Origin: Mesotaenium endlicherianum | Lineage: Eukaryota | Assembly (NCBI GenBank): GCA_009602735.1 | Contig: WELA01001056.1 | Location: 1 to 64,000 of the forward strand | DNA: 64,000 nt | Reading direction: 5' to 3' | Translations under genes and position numbers: made by a program | Notes under the pieces: generated by a model | What the model was told of the DNA's origin: nothing | The model's input: only the letters and a program-made list of their open reading frames with translations | Database searches by the model: none | Shown: piece after piece, positions 10,818 to 21,060 of the stretch | Position numbering within the stretch: position 1 is the stretch's first letter | How the letters are laid out: each line of letters opens with the position of its first letter

Positions 10818-12494
10818 ATGGCGCCCACCACACAAAAGGAGGACAGAAAGCGCAAGGCAGAAGAAGCCAGGAGGACAATGGAGCAATACCAGAAGGAGCT
10901 GGCGGCGACGTCCCTCACCAGGAGAGAACAAGAAAGGGTCCGCAAACAACAAGAGGCGGCAGAAGAGGCACAGAGGAAGAAGGATCAGGAAGCGGAAAAC
11001 CTCAGGAAGGCTGAGGAGGAGAGACAGAAGAAACAGCAAGAAGAAGCGGCAGCGGCAGAAGAGGAGAAAAGAAAAAAGATTGAAGCGGACAGACAGAAGA
11101 GCTTGGCCACTTACAGGTATACTGTGGTGGGTGGCCAAAACTTCGATAACCTGAAGGAAGCATTGCTGGCAGCCCAGGAGATCAACAGGCTGGAACAGAC
11201 AACACTGCTACAGAAGGAAGGAGCTACAGCACTGGACAGGTACATCGAGACACACACCGGCGTGGTCCTTTACGAAGATTATGCTAAGATGGTGGGCTAT
11301 ACAGCAGAGCAGGCCCGGTATCTCGCAGATGATTCAGAGGACAAGCCGGTCCCCATACCGGGAATAGTGGGAGATCAGAGTCTCATCCGGATAGTGAGCA
11401 TGCGGCCCGATAGCTTTAAGGATACGGTATTCTACCTCACACTCCTGCCAGCTTATAATGAAGTCGAGAGAAGGAGCTGGGAGTACTTGGCCAGGGAAGC
11501 AGGACAGCAGATGTTCTCTCCCCACTGGTTCCCGTGTAAACTGAGGAAGGCTGAGCACGGACCCCAGTACTACCAGCAGCCAACAGACTGGAGGTGGATG
11601 ACCGTCACAAATAAGAAGCAGGAGTGTGACCGAGCCCAACCGGATGACTTCCACTATGGCCTAGACGGCTATCTCATCCTACCACCTCACATTGCCCCTT
11701 GGGACCCCAGGCTGAATGGATGCCTGAGCAATATGAATGCAGAGACCAAGGAACATAGGAGGAGGGGAAGAGACTACTTCTCTAAGGGAAAGCATGCCTT
11801 TGTCAAATGGGCAAAGAATGCAGGCCGGATAGATATCAGTAGGCTGAAGGCCAAGCAACCTCCAGCGCGCCCTAAGAAAGGGAGGTCGGTAGACTACTCC
11901 ATGTCTACTAGGGAGCAGGACGACTTAGTGGACGAGACCCCTACTCTCTCCGAGGAGGAGGATGAGGAGGATGAGGAAGAAGAACAAGGCAGAGGAGAAG
12001 CATCAGCAGCAGGTACTCAGGATACCCAGGGACAGGCAGTGGCACTTCCTAAAGAACCACGATCAGGTGTGTGGAATGTGATCCCCGTTATGGCGACAAC
12101 TGGACCCCGCGCTCGCTCCCCCAGCCCACCTGCCCAAGCAGGGGAAGAAGCTGATCTGACTGTACTGGGCAGCAGACACAGGCAGAAATCCCCAGAGGAC
12201 AGGGGTGCCAGAAGAGGGACACGCGGGTGGGCCAGAGGTATGCCAGCCTCCCCCTCCGCTCAGGGGCATGTACCTCTAGCCAATGTATTTCAGCATCCTA
12301 CTGGAATGCCTGTCTATGTGGGAATCAACACCCAAATAGTTGAAGAGCAGGCCACCATCCTCCGTTCTCCCCGAGGGCCAACTTTAGAGCAAACAGGGTT
12401 CTTTAGAAGGCCAGCTGACAGACCTAGAGGGCTGTCCAGATCTAGGTCCAGATCTCCGTCCCCTGATCCTGAAGCCCCAGGAACCACCCCTTAA
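10818..12494 (+). CDS. Extra ORF3 of A2 (~558 aa; coiled coil, Trp-rich globular core, acidic and RS-rich tail; function unknown)
   Basis: Long open frame between pol and the PPT, with a diverged homologue at the same position in A1. No hydrophobic transmembrane stretch. The start is placed at CAG|GATG, which both copies share. Confidence 0.88.
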   Translation: MAPTTQKEDRKRKAEEARRTMEQYQKELAATSLTRREQERVRKQQEAAEEAQRKKDQEAENLRKAEEERQKKQQEEAAAAEEEKRKKIEADRQKSLATYRYTVVGGQNFDNLKEALLAAQEINRLEQTTLLQKEGATALDRYIETHTGVVLYEDYAKMVGYTAEQARYLADDSEDKPVPIPGIVGDQSLIRIVSMRPDSFKDTVFYLTLLPAYNEVERRSWEYLAREAGQQMFSPHWFPCKLRKAEHGPQYYQQPTDWRWMTVTNKKQECDRAQPDDFHYGLDGYLILPPHIAPWDPRLNGCLSNMNAETKEHRRRGRDYFSKGKHAFVKWAKNAGRIDISRLKAKQPPARPKKGRSVDYSMSTREQDDLVDETPTLSEEEDEEDEEEEQGRGEASAAGTQDTQGQAVALPKEPRSGVWNVIPVMATTGPRARSPSPPAQAGEEADLTVLGSRHRQKSPEDRGARRGTRGWARGMPASPSAQGHVPLANVFQHPTGMPVYVGINTQIVEEQATILRSPRGPTLEQTGFFRRPADRPRGLSRSRSRSPSPDPEAPGTTP

Positions 12495-12592
12495 GGTGAC
12501 AGGCTGAAAAGATAGTCAGTAAGGGAGGCTGGTCAGGGTCAGTTTCTTTATTTAAAGCTTTTGCAGTTTAATGTTGTCGAGGCGACAACAAG

Positions 12593-12607
12593 TTAAGTTG
12601 GAGGGAT
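12593..12607 (+). promoter_or_regulatory. Polypurine tract of A2
   Basis: TTAAGTTGGAGGGAT immediately precedes the 3' LTR TGT, and is itself preceded by the hairpin GTTGTCG-AGG-CGACAAC. Confidence 0.88.
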
Positions 12608-13328
12608 TGTAATGAATCAGTATATTAGTAGATATAATATTCATTTAAATATAATAGTTAATTAAGTTCAGCCTGCTGAACTTTAAGTTAATAGTCAGTC
12701 TGCTGGACTTTACATAATTATCAGTTTAATGACTCATCCGGAAGCAACAGGCGAAGTCCATATAAGTCAGCTTGCTGACCCATTCTTTGACAGCCAGCTG
12801 ACTTCCGTACTCGGTAGCAGCGAACTGCCTTGACTTACACCTAAGTACGATATGCTAGATGAATGGCCAGATGACATCCCTATGATGGATGGCTATTCGG
12901 GATGATGGGAGATGGCGGTGGATTTGGTTAACCGAGGTCCTACCAACGTGGTTAACTCCCGGGTAGGCGGTGCCATCGCACTGACCGTTGAACAGTAAAC
13001 TCATTCCATGTACATATGCTAGGCATTGCTCTCGAGTTCGGCATTCGGAAACGAGGCCAACTCTCTTGTACAGCTTACTGAGAGAGATCTGAATCCAAGG
13101 CGAGAAGCCATTGATACGCACTGTCTTCTAACCTTGCTTATGTATGAGTTTACTGATTTGCATTATTGATGCTAGTTTACTCTCATTTGACTGACGAGTA
13201 TTATTCACTGCTAGTGCGTTGTCCTTTTGCCGTTTAAACAGTTAACGGAAAGTACCATAAAGATTACTTGCTGATATAAAGATCTTTATTAATTGTTAAT
13301 CGCCTATTTGGTAAGTCGATTCATTTCA
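12608..13328 (+). repeat. 3' LTR of A2 (721 bp)
   Basis: Direct repeat of 4534-5252 with about 35 differences counted by eye; same TGT...TCA termini. Confidence 0.96.
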
Positions 13329-14710
13329 ACACTGCTCTCTGAAGTGACCTGGCTGCTGGCAATGGAAGCAAATCGACTTTGCTGAGGTTGGTCTCGGCTT
13401 AGTCCTACCACCACCTCTTCCATAGCCGCCTCGAGGGAAACCACCTCTACCTCTAGATTGTATGGCATTATACTCATACTCATATCCATCACCCTGATCA
13501 TCCTCGGCCTAGTCTCCCTCAATTGCATTGTAGGAACCGTGGGCTTTTTGACAATCTTAGACACCAAAGCATTACTCTGGCGCTTGTGATTGAACTGCTG
13601 TTGATCCCAGGCATCAGCATCCTGGATCAAGTCAGCCAGTTTCTCATACTTCTTCTCAGCGAAATGACCAGAGACTTTGGATTTCAAGCCATACCTGAAT
13701 TATGTTATCCAACACCGTTCTGGCAAGTCTGGCCGCTTCATCATGTTCTCCTGGAACTTTTCAGCAAACTCAGCAACTGAAGTGGTCTGCTTCAGTGTCA
13801 GGGAGATCATCGCATAAATAGCTTTCTCCTGCTGGTTGATGACATCAAACTTCTCATGCAACTTCTCGACAAGCTCTACCCACGTAGGGTCACCGAGTTG
13901 CCGAGCCTTACGCTCTCCTTTCCAGTAAAGCCACCAGTCTGCGGCACTGCCTTTCAGTAGCGCACCGGTGTGCCTGACCTTCTCGTAATCTTGCAGTTCT
14001 GGGTAATTCTCCAGCCACTGCTCAACATCCGCGAGAAAATTGATCAGGTAATATTTTCTGTTTTCCTTAGGATCATACTCCTGGGGAGGTTTCGGCTTGG
14101 GCTTACTAGGCCCTCGGCCACCACCACTAGTGGTTTGAGACCCCAGTTGGTCTCTGTCCTCCTGTTGGGACTAATTCATGGTCGCCATTTGCGACTGCAT
14201 TTGAACGAACAATGCTCCTAAGTCTACACTCTGGGGTGGTAGTCTAGCAAATGCAACAGCAGCATTGGCATCGACTCGCTGAGTAGAGTCCTCAACAGTC
14301 CCTCTCGCTCCTGCAGCAGCAATTCCTGCCGCATTCAGCCGGTCACGTATTTGACCTAGGGGTACATTGAGTTGTACAGCAGGAGGTGGGTTCAGAACGT
14401 TGGCCCTTGATGCCATAACTTCTTCAACAGTGCGCTCGTCAGCTGGCCGTCTTTCCCTCCTTTCTGTATCTTCAGCGGCCTTTGCTAATTATTCAGCTTC
14501 TAATCTGGCTCTCTCCTCGTCAGCTTGCTGTGCTGCGACTGCGGCAATAGCAGCTGCCTCATCTGCAGCCTCTCTAGCTGAAGTATCTACCACTGCTTCA
14601 GAATAGGTACGGGTTCCCGCTACATGGCTTTCTGCGTGGTTTTCGACATTCTTGTTATCCTGGTTCTCCATGTGTCGGGAGTTGCTAGTTTGAGACCTTG
14701 TCCTTACCAT
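13329..14710 (-). pseudogene. gag: Degenerate gag of A3
   Basis: Fragments [12 protein letters not shown]..., [12 protein letters not shown]... and [16 protein letters not shown]... with stops, frameshifts and a 30-bp deletion. Confidence 0.93.
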
Positions 14711-14731
14711 ACAAAGAAGACTGTGATAACC

Positions 14732-14743
14732 GCTCCGATACCA
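14732..14743 (-). promoter_or_regulatory. PBS of A3 (tRNA-iMet type)
   Basis: GCTCCGATACCA on + equals TGGTATCGGAGC on -, 1 nt from the LTR end. Confidence 0.9.
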
Positions 14744-14744
14744 C

Positions 14745-15464
14745 TGAAATGAATCGACTTACCAAATAGGCGATTCACAATTAATAAAGATCTTCATATC
14801 AGCAAGTAATCTTTATGGTAATTTCCGTTAATTGGTTAAACGGCAAAAGGACAACACACTAGCAGTGAACAACACTCGTAAATCAAATGCGAGTAAACTA
14901 GCATCAATAATGCAATCAGTAGACTCATACATAAGCAAGGTTAGAAGACAGTGCGTATCAATGGCTTCTCGCCTTGGATTCAGATCTCTCTCAGTAAGCT
15001 GTACAAGAGAGTTGGCCTCGTTTTCCAAATGCGCAACTCGAGAGTAATACCTAGCATATGTACATGGAATGAGTTTACTGTTCAACAGTTAGTGCAATGG
15101 CACCGCCTACCCGGGAGTTAACCAAGTTGGTAGGACCTCGGTTAACCAAATCCACCGCCATCTCCCATCATCCCGAATCGCCATCCATCCTAAGGATGTC
15201 ATCTGGCCATTCATCTAGCACACCACACTTAGATGCATATCTAGGCAGTTCGCTGACCGACTACGGAAGTTAGCTGGCTGTCAAAGAATGTGTCAGCAAG
15301 CTGACCTAAGTTGACTTCAACCTGCTGCTTTCCGGCTGAGTCATTAAACTGATGATTTAATAAAGTCCAGCAGACTCAATATTACCTAAAGTTCAGCAGG
15401 CTGAACTTATTTAACTATATTATTCAAATGAATATTATATCAAGCAATATATTGATTCATTACA
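14745..15464 (-). repeat. 5' LTR of A3 (720 bp)
   Basis: Inverted copy of the A2 LTRs: TGAAATGAATC...GATTCATTACA on +. Confidence 0.95.
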
Positions 15465-17918
15465 GCTGAGGCGTCCCTGCCCTTCTGCTGAAAGCTTTTA
15501 TTTTTTGGCCCTGTGGCTGGGTTTTGGGAAGGCAGTCAGGACATTCCCACCGTCCTGCCATAATTTCTTCTTCATTAATGCAGAAGGTGTGCCAATGGGC
15601 ACCACACTTATCGCTGGTTACCATTGCTTCTTGATCATCCAGCACTTTGCAGCTGGCACAAGGCGTGGCTGGCACCACTTCCTCGGGCTTAGTCTTAATT
15701 GCAGGATCGATATTTGGCAAATGGCACAGCAAACAGTTTTGCACGTGATCTCTCATGGTCTTACCATCAGAACCTTCCAGTTCCAACACACCATTGTCGA
15801 ACGCATGTTTCACGCGTAAGATTATTGCACTTGAATTGGTGTCAATGGTGGTCTTAGTTTGGCGCATGCGGTAGACGAAGTCTCCTTCCTGGATCTGCGT
15901 CATTTGCAGGCGGTAGCTCCCATCTCGCGTCCTGGCGTAACGCTGTGTGTCTCTTTTCTGTGCAATTTTCAGATTGTCCAGGGCAACAGGCATCATGTGC
16001 TCAAATAACACCTTGCGGCGCAACATGACCTTTAACAGTTCATCAGGGTTGTCCAGATCTTTCACCTGCTCAATCTCCAGCTTGATGCTGCTGGGCACAA
16101 CTGGAGTTCTTCTAAACAAAATTTGATAAAGTAAGGAATTCGCCAAAGCTGCTTGCTTGCTAAATTTGCGAGATCGCAGCTCCACCGGTAGCCTAGGCCC
16201 ATGATTGGCAGAGGTTGCAGGTGTGGGTGTTGCTGCGTAAAACCAGCCTTGACGCGATCGCAGCTTGTACAGGCCTTGATCACATCCTCACACTGCTGCT
16301 TCATACCCCTCCACCAGTAAGACAGCTCCAGAAGACTGTATGTCTTCTTGACACCATAGTGTCCAGTAGTCTCATGCATTTCCTGCACCAAAGCTCGTCT
16401 TTTGGTGGGTTCTGGCACTAACTTTTCCTGACCAGTTTCTTCAATCTTGAAGAGGTTATTGCGTTTCTAGCAAAATCTTTCAGCTCGATGGCCTACCTGG
16501 TCCTTTTCTTTTGCCGATAATCCTTCTATATGGACCCCTGTCTTCAACCAATGCATAGTGGCTTGATCTTTCCAAATCTTTGGACTGAACAAAGGTAGGG
16601 GCTCAACTTCTCCTGATGCTACCAATTTAGCCATTTCGGCAAGGCAGGCGGCCAATTCTGTGGGGCTGCTCGGATCTTCGTCTTCTCGAGCTCCTGTTCT
16701 GTTGTCTGCAGATGGGTCCGGGTTCCTGCTGAGTCCATCAGCGTCGTTGTTGAGTATACCTGCTCGGTGTATCAACGTCATCTGGTACTTCTGGGGCTTG
16801 AGAGCCCAACGAGCCAGTCTACCAGTGAGGTCTCCATTCTTCATCAGCCAGAGTAATGGCGAATGATCTGTGATCAGCGTGAAGGGTCTTCTCCATAGAT
16901 ACTCTCTAAAATGTGCAACAGCCCAAACCACTGCCAGTAGCTCTCCTTTGTAGGACGAGTAGTTGCTCTCCGCTCGGTTGTTAGAGCTCGAGGCATAGGC
17001 AATGACGTACTCCTCTCTAGGACTTTCGTCCTGAGTGAGTACTGCGCCAATTCCCACACGACTCCAATCGGTGTGTAGATTGAACGGCTTGGAGAAGTCA
17101 GGTGTTCGCAAGACTGGGGCTGTTACCAGCCGCTCCTTGAGCTCGTTCATGGCCTTCCCCTGGGCTTCCGTCCACACAAAAGATACGTCCTTTTTCAGGA
17201 GTCAAGGGTTTAGCAATTTTGCTATAATCCTTCACAAATTTACGATAGTATCCGCTTAGCCCTAACAGAGCTTTCAACTTAGACACATTCGCTGGTGCAG
17301 GTATCTTGTAAATGGCTTCAGTCTTTACAGCCAGAGGGGACATAGCATTACCGTCCATTGCCAAAGTTCCCTTTGGGCCCAGAAAGCGGTCTTACCTCGA
17401 TCTTCTGTCTTCACAGGGATCTGGTTGAACCCTTGGTGTAGATCGATGATGCTGAACACCTTCCCGGTGGTAGCAATCGCAAAAATCCGCTCTGGTGTAG
17501 GCATCACATAGCTGTCTGGCTTCGTGAGAAGATTCAGTCGTCTGTAGTCTCCACACATACGAGTGGCTGTATAGTTGCCATCCTCGTCCTTCTTGGCAAC
17601 TACAACCGTGGGAGCTCCATGTATTGAGGTTGATTTCTCGATCATGCTGAGCTTGTGCAGCTCCTGGCAAGTTTTCTCCACACAGTCCCATTCGGTCTAA
17701 CTGAGCTTATGCGGCCCAAGTCTGACTGAATTATCAGCAGTTAGTGTGATCTCACACACACTGGCAGTGGTTCTACCAATCTTCTCTTTGGTAAAAGCAA
17801 ACACCTTGCGGTGCTTCTTCAGCAGCCTTTCTACTTGTGCTCTCTGTTGGGCTGAGACCATATTTCCAATGGTGAAGACCTCAGTTGCTGGCTGCTTTTC
17901 CCCAACACAGGCATCCAG

Positions 17919-17927
17919 TAGTTGCTA
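17919..17927 (-). other. Putative stop-codon readthrough signal UAG-CAA-CUA (B1)
   Basis: ...KPKE TAG CAA CTA continues in frame into QLLDACVGEKQPATEVFTIGNMVSAQQRAQVERLL and the RT. The same nonamer occurs at the same position in B2. Confidence 0.75.
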
Positions 17928-20099
17928 CTCTTTGGGTTTAGGTGGGGGCTTTCCGCCCTCATCCTGGCCTTCAGGCTTTTCTGCCTGATTGTTTGGCGGT
18001 GGAGTGGCAGGCTTTGCAGCTTGCTCCTCCGCTATCTCAGGCTTGGCGGCTTGCTTCTTAGGCCTCTTACCTTTCCCGATAGATCGTCGCCTTTCTGGTT
18101 GCGTGGTGTAGGTCAAGCGCCTCCGGATGGGCTACCTCAAGAATCTTTCTTCATCGGCCGCAGTCCAGGTGGTCCCTGTTCCTCCTTCTTCACGTGGTGG
18201 GGGTGGGTTTGGCAAAGGCCACCCTGCTGGATCTGCTCTGGGGTCGATTATCCAACCCCATTCGCGCTCAATGGTAGCTATGCGCGCAACGGTTGTGCCA
18301 AACTCCTCCCTGGCTGGTGGCGTAACCGTCCATGTTTGTGTCATAGTCTGCGATCTTTGGGCCGCAGCTAGTTGTGCGTATACAGCATTTTCTGCTGTTA
18401 AGCGGCTTATGGTGCTTCTTAGCTCTACCAATTCCCTTTTCGACACTGCAAGTGTCCTAGGAGCTGAACTGTCCTTCTCCCATGTTCCAGTGGATGAGAG
18501 ATGCACCATGGGAATGTGAATTCCCAAAGTCATGTCTTTGCGAATTAAGCCATCCTCTCCCTCTCTCTGCAAAATTTCTAGGATAGGTTGCGGAGGAGGA
18601 GCCGTGGTTCCTTTCGGAAACCCTTCTCTCTGAGCTGTTCCCCTGTACTTGAAGTAACGCATCAGCATCCGCCTAAAAGGTGCATTCCCTTTCCGGGCAA
18701 CCTTTCTTGGTCTGCTTGCACAACCGTGAGGATTTCCTTGTGTTGGTTCCACCTTAGCTGTGCAGGCAGCCACTTCCTGCGGTTGTTGTAGCTTATGTGG
18801 GGTAGCTTCTGGTGTTGGAAAACTAACGGTTGGAGTGCTGGATGTAGGCGACCTTAGATCGTTGTAAAGGTCGGCCGGGCTGGGTCCTTCCATCATCAAT
18901 TGGTCGTTCACCCAGTCATCCGTTCTGAGTTCTTGTAGCTCCAATAGTTCCGATTCTGGGGTAGGAAAACGTGGAATTGCTTCCTGAATCTCCTCTTCAT
19001 TGGTGACTGACGGCAGGTCAAACCTTGGAAGGTCTGGCATCTCTGCCTCATCTTCAACTGATTTCTCCGCTCCGGGTGGTGGCGTTTTCCCTTCATTATA
19101 TGTGTTGAGCTTTGCCAAGTTGACGATGGCTGATTGCAGAGCGCTTGCCGCCTTAGCCACTTCCCGTTCCTTGTGTTGTCCGGCGTCTGCGTCCAGCAGC
19201 TGCTCCATGATTTGCCTTGCAATGGATTCAGCTGTTTGACTGGCTGAACCCTGCCGTTGCCCCTTAGCTTGCGGCTCTGGGCTCATCAAGGCAGGTGTTG
19301 TAGACAATTTCTTGTCCAACTCCTCCTGGCGTTCTTCGAATATTACTTCGAGACATATGGTCTTTGCAGACCCTCCAGAATATCCTGAGTTCTGGCTACT
19401 CTCTTCGGCCCATTCACCAAGATTGCACTGGCGTTCTTGCCTTGGTACTTGGTTTAGGCAGTATCCAGTGTTTTCAGCTGTAGGCACAGGAGCCTTCTTC
19501 TCTGATTCTTTTGACATGTCTTGTAACGACGCTCGCTCTGGTGAAGACAATAGACACTCTTGGTTGGCTTCCCAGCTACTTGAGCTTTCCTGCCAATAGT
19601 CTCCGTGCTTAGCTGCTCTTGGGCTAAGGGGGGTATCATACCCTGACCTGGCCTCTTCTGGGGTCTCTTCACGTCTTGATGTCGTTGTTCCGGGAGGTGA
19701 GCTTCCAAAAATCTGGCTGTGTGTGGCGTTTCTCACAGATAATGGGGTGCCATGCGTATTGTCTTGCACTCCTGGTAGCGGTGCTGCTTGCTCAGGTGCC
19801 TGATCCCTCATGGGTGTATCCTCTCTTTCCAGAGGTGCTTGTAATTCATTGGTCCGGTTATCAATCCGGTTTAATAGCTCCTGACATCTCATCAGTTCTA
19901 CCATCCTATCTCCCTTGTATGCTCTGTCTACAGCGGCTTCCGCTGCGTCTCTTTGCACCCAGTATTCTTCTTGTTGCTGATGTGCCATTCTGATAGCCCT
20001 CTGGTCAGATGTTGGCACAACATTGATCCCAATTGTCACTGGTCATGGTCTCGGCATAGGCTTGTCAGTGAAGGTCAACTGTTGCCATGTCATGATTGT

Positions 20100-21060
20100 T
20101 TCCACCAACCAAGTCATAGAGTGCTGCCCGATCATGTTGCCGAAAATCTTTGCAGCCTCATCAAATCCTACAGCACCAGCTTTATGCCGAGCTATGTTTA
20201 CGGGTATTCCAAGGCATTTGCCCTTTTCCACCGCGGTGGGCTCTCTCCACACAGCGTCTCTTTTATAAATGTCTTTGACCATTCCTGGTCCACCTCCTTT
20301 GAAGGCTCGGGTTCCTGGATATGCTGTAAAGGTAGGCAGTACCACTCTTGGCTGACCTGGTTCATTGATGACACACTGTGGATAGGAATCCCTCCAGGTC
20401 ACTGGTCTGGTATGCACCGCCAGTGCCTTTTCCCCTGTCAATGCTGTTGGTGATCGCCGTGTAATGTCTTCCATTTCTCTCAGAACCTCGATAGACATGC
20501 CGTTGGTCCAAAGTATCCTGGCCCTATGAGAGAATCCTCCGTCTTGGCGTCGTTGATTAGCACATGATGGCCCAAAGTGGAGTAAAAAATCAGCCATGGT
20601 TCTCCCGGCTTCATCTGCTTGCGGTCCATTCCTGGATGTACGTTCTCAATCACAAACACAGGTGAGTGATAGTACTGACGTTCCCGCAGTATGCTAACCC
20701 ATCCATCCCCAGTGTTGTGCTCGTGGATCACTGAATCCCATCCTGTTTCCAGCTTGAGAATATGGTTGACAAGGGAATCCAGCAAAGATCCAATCAATCC
20801 TGTAGCCATACAGGTATTCAAGCTTCACGTTCATAATGTTGCCTCCAGCAATGCGCTCGACATTGCTATATGCAGGCGCCAACCTTTGAAAATGATGCAT
20901 TTGCCGCTCTGATTCATGACCTCTTGGAATGCTCGAAAAGCGTGGTCATTGTTGTCCACATACAGGACTTTGGCCACCTGTATTCCTCGCTGGATCAATG
21001 CTATGGTCCCAGAGCCAAGTCCGGCGAATAATTCCAACACCACCACTCCCCTTTTGCGGA
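20100..21060 (-). pseudogene. C5 cytosine DNA methyltransferase domain of B1 (frameshifted)
   Basis: Motif I VLELFAGLG is in the same frame as the protease C-terminus (ORF 20831-21550). Also IV AGFPCQPYSQAG, VI FVIENV, VIII SHRARILW, IX REPTAVEKGKCLGIP and X IFGNMI. Confidence 0.92.

Larger units (their letters stand above)
4534..13328 (+). mobile_element. Full-length Ty3/Gypsy chromovirus, family A copy A2 (LTR-PBS-gag-pol-ORF3-PPT-LTR)
   Basis: Two ~720-bp TG...CA direct repeats, a PBS, a PPT, and uninterrupted gag, pol and ORF3 frames. Domain order is PR-RT-RH-IN-chromo. Confidence 0.97.
13329..15464 (-). mobile_element. Family A copy A3: inverted 5' fragment (LTR, PBS, degenerate gag)
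   Basis: Reverse complement of A2 4534-~6700. It ends against the A2 3' LTR just after the zinc knuckle CFHCQQPGHFREQC. Confidence 0.95.

Noticed and set aside
10818..12494. ORF3 as a retroviral-type env gene
   Set aside because: The position fits, but there is no signal peptide or transmembrane segment and the protein is highly charged.
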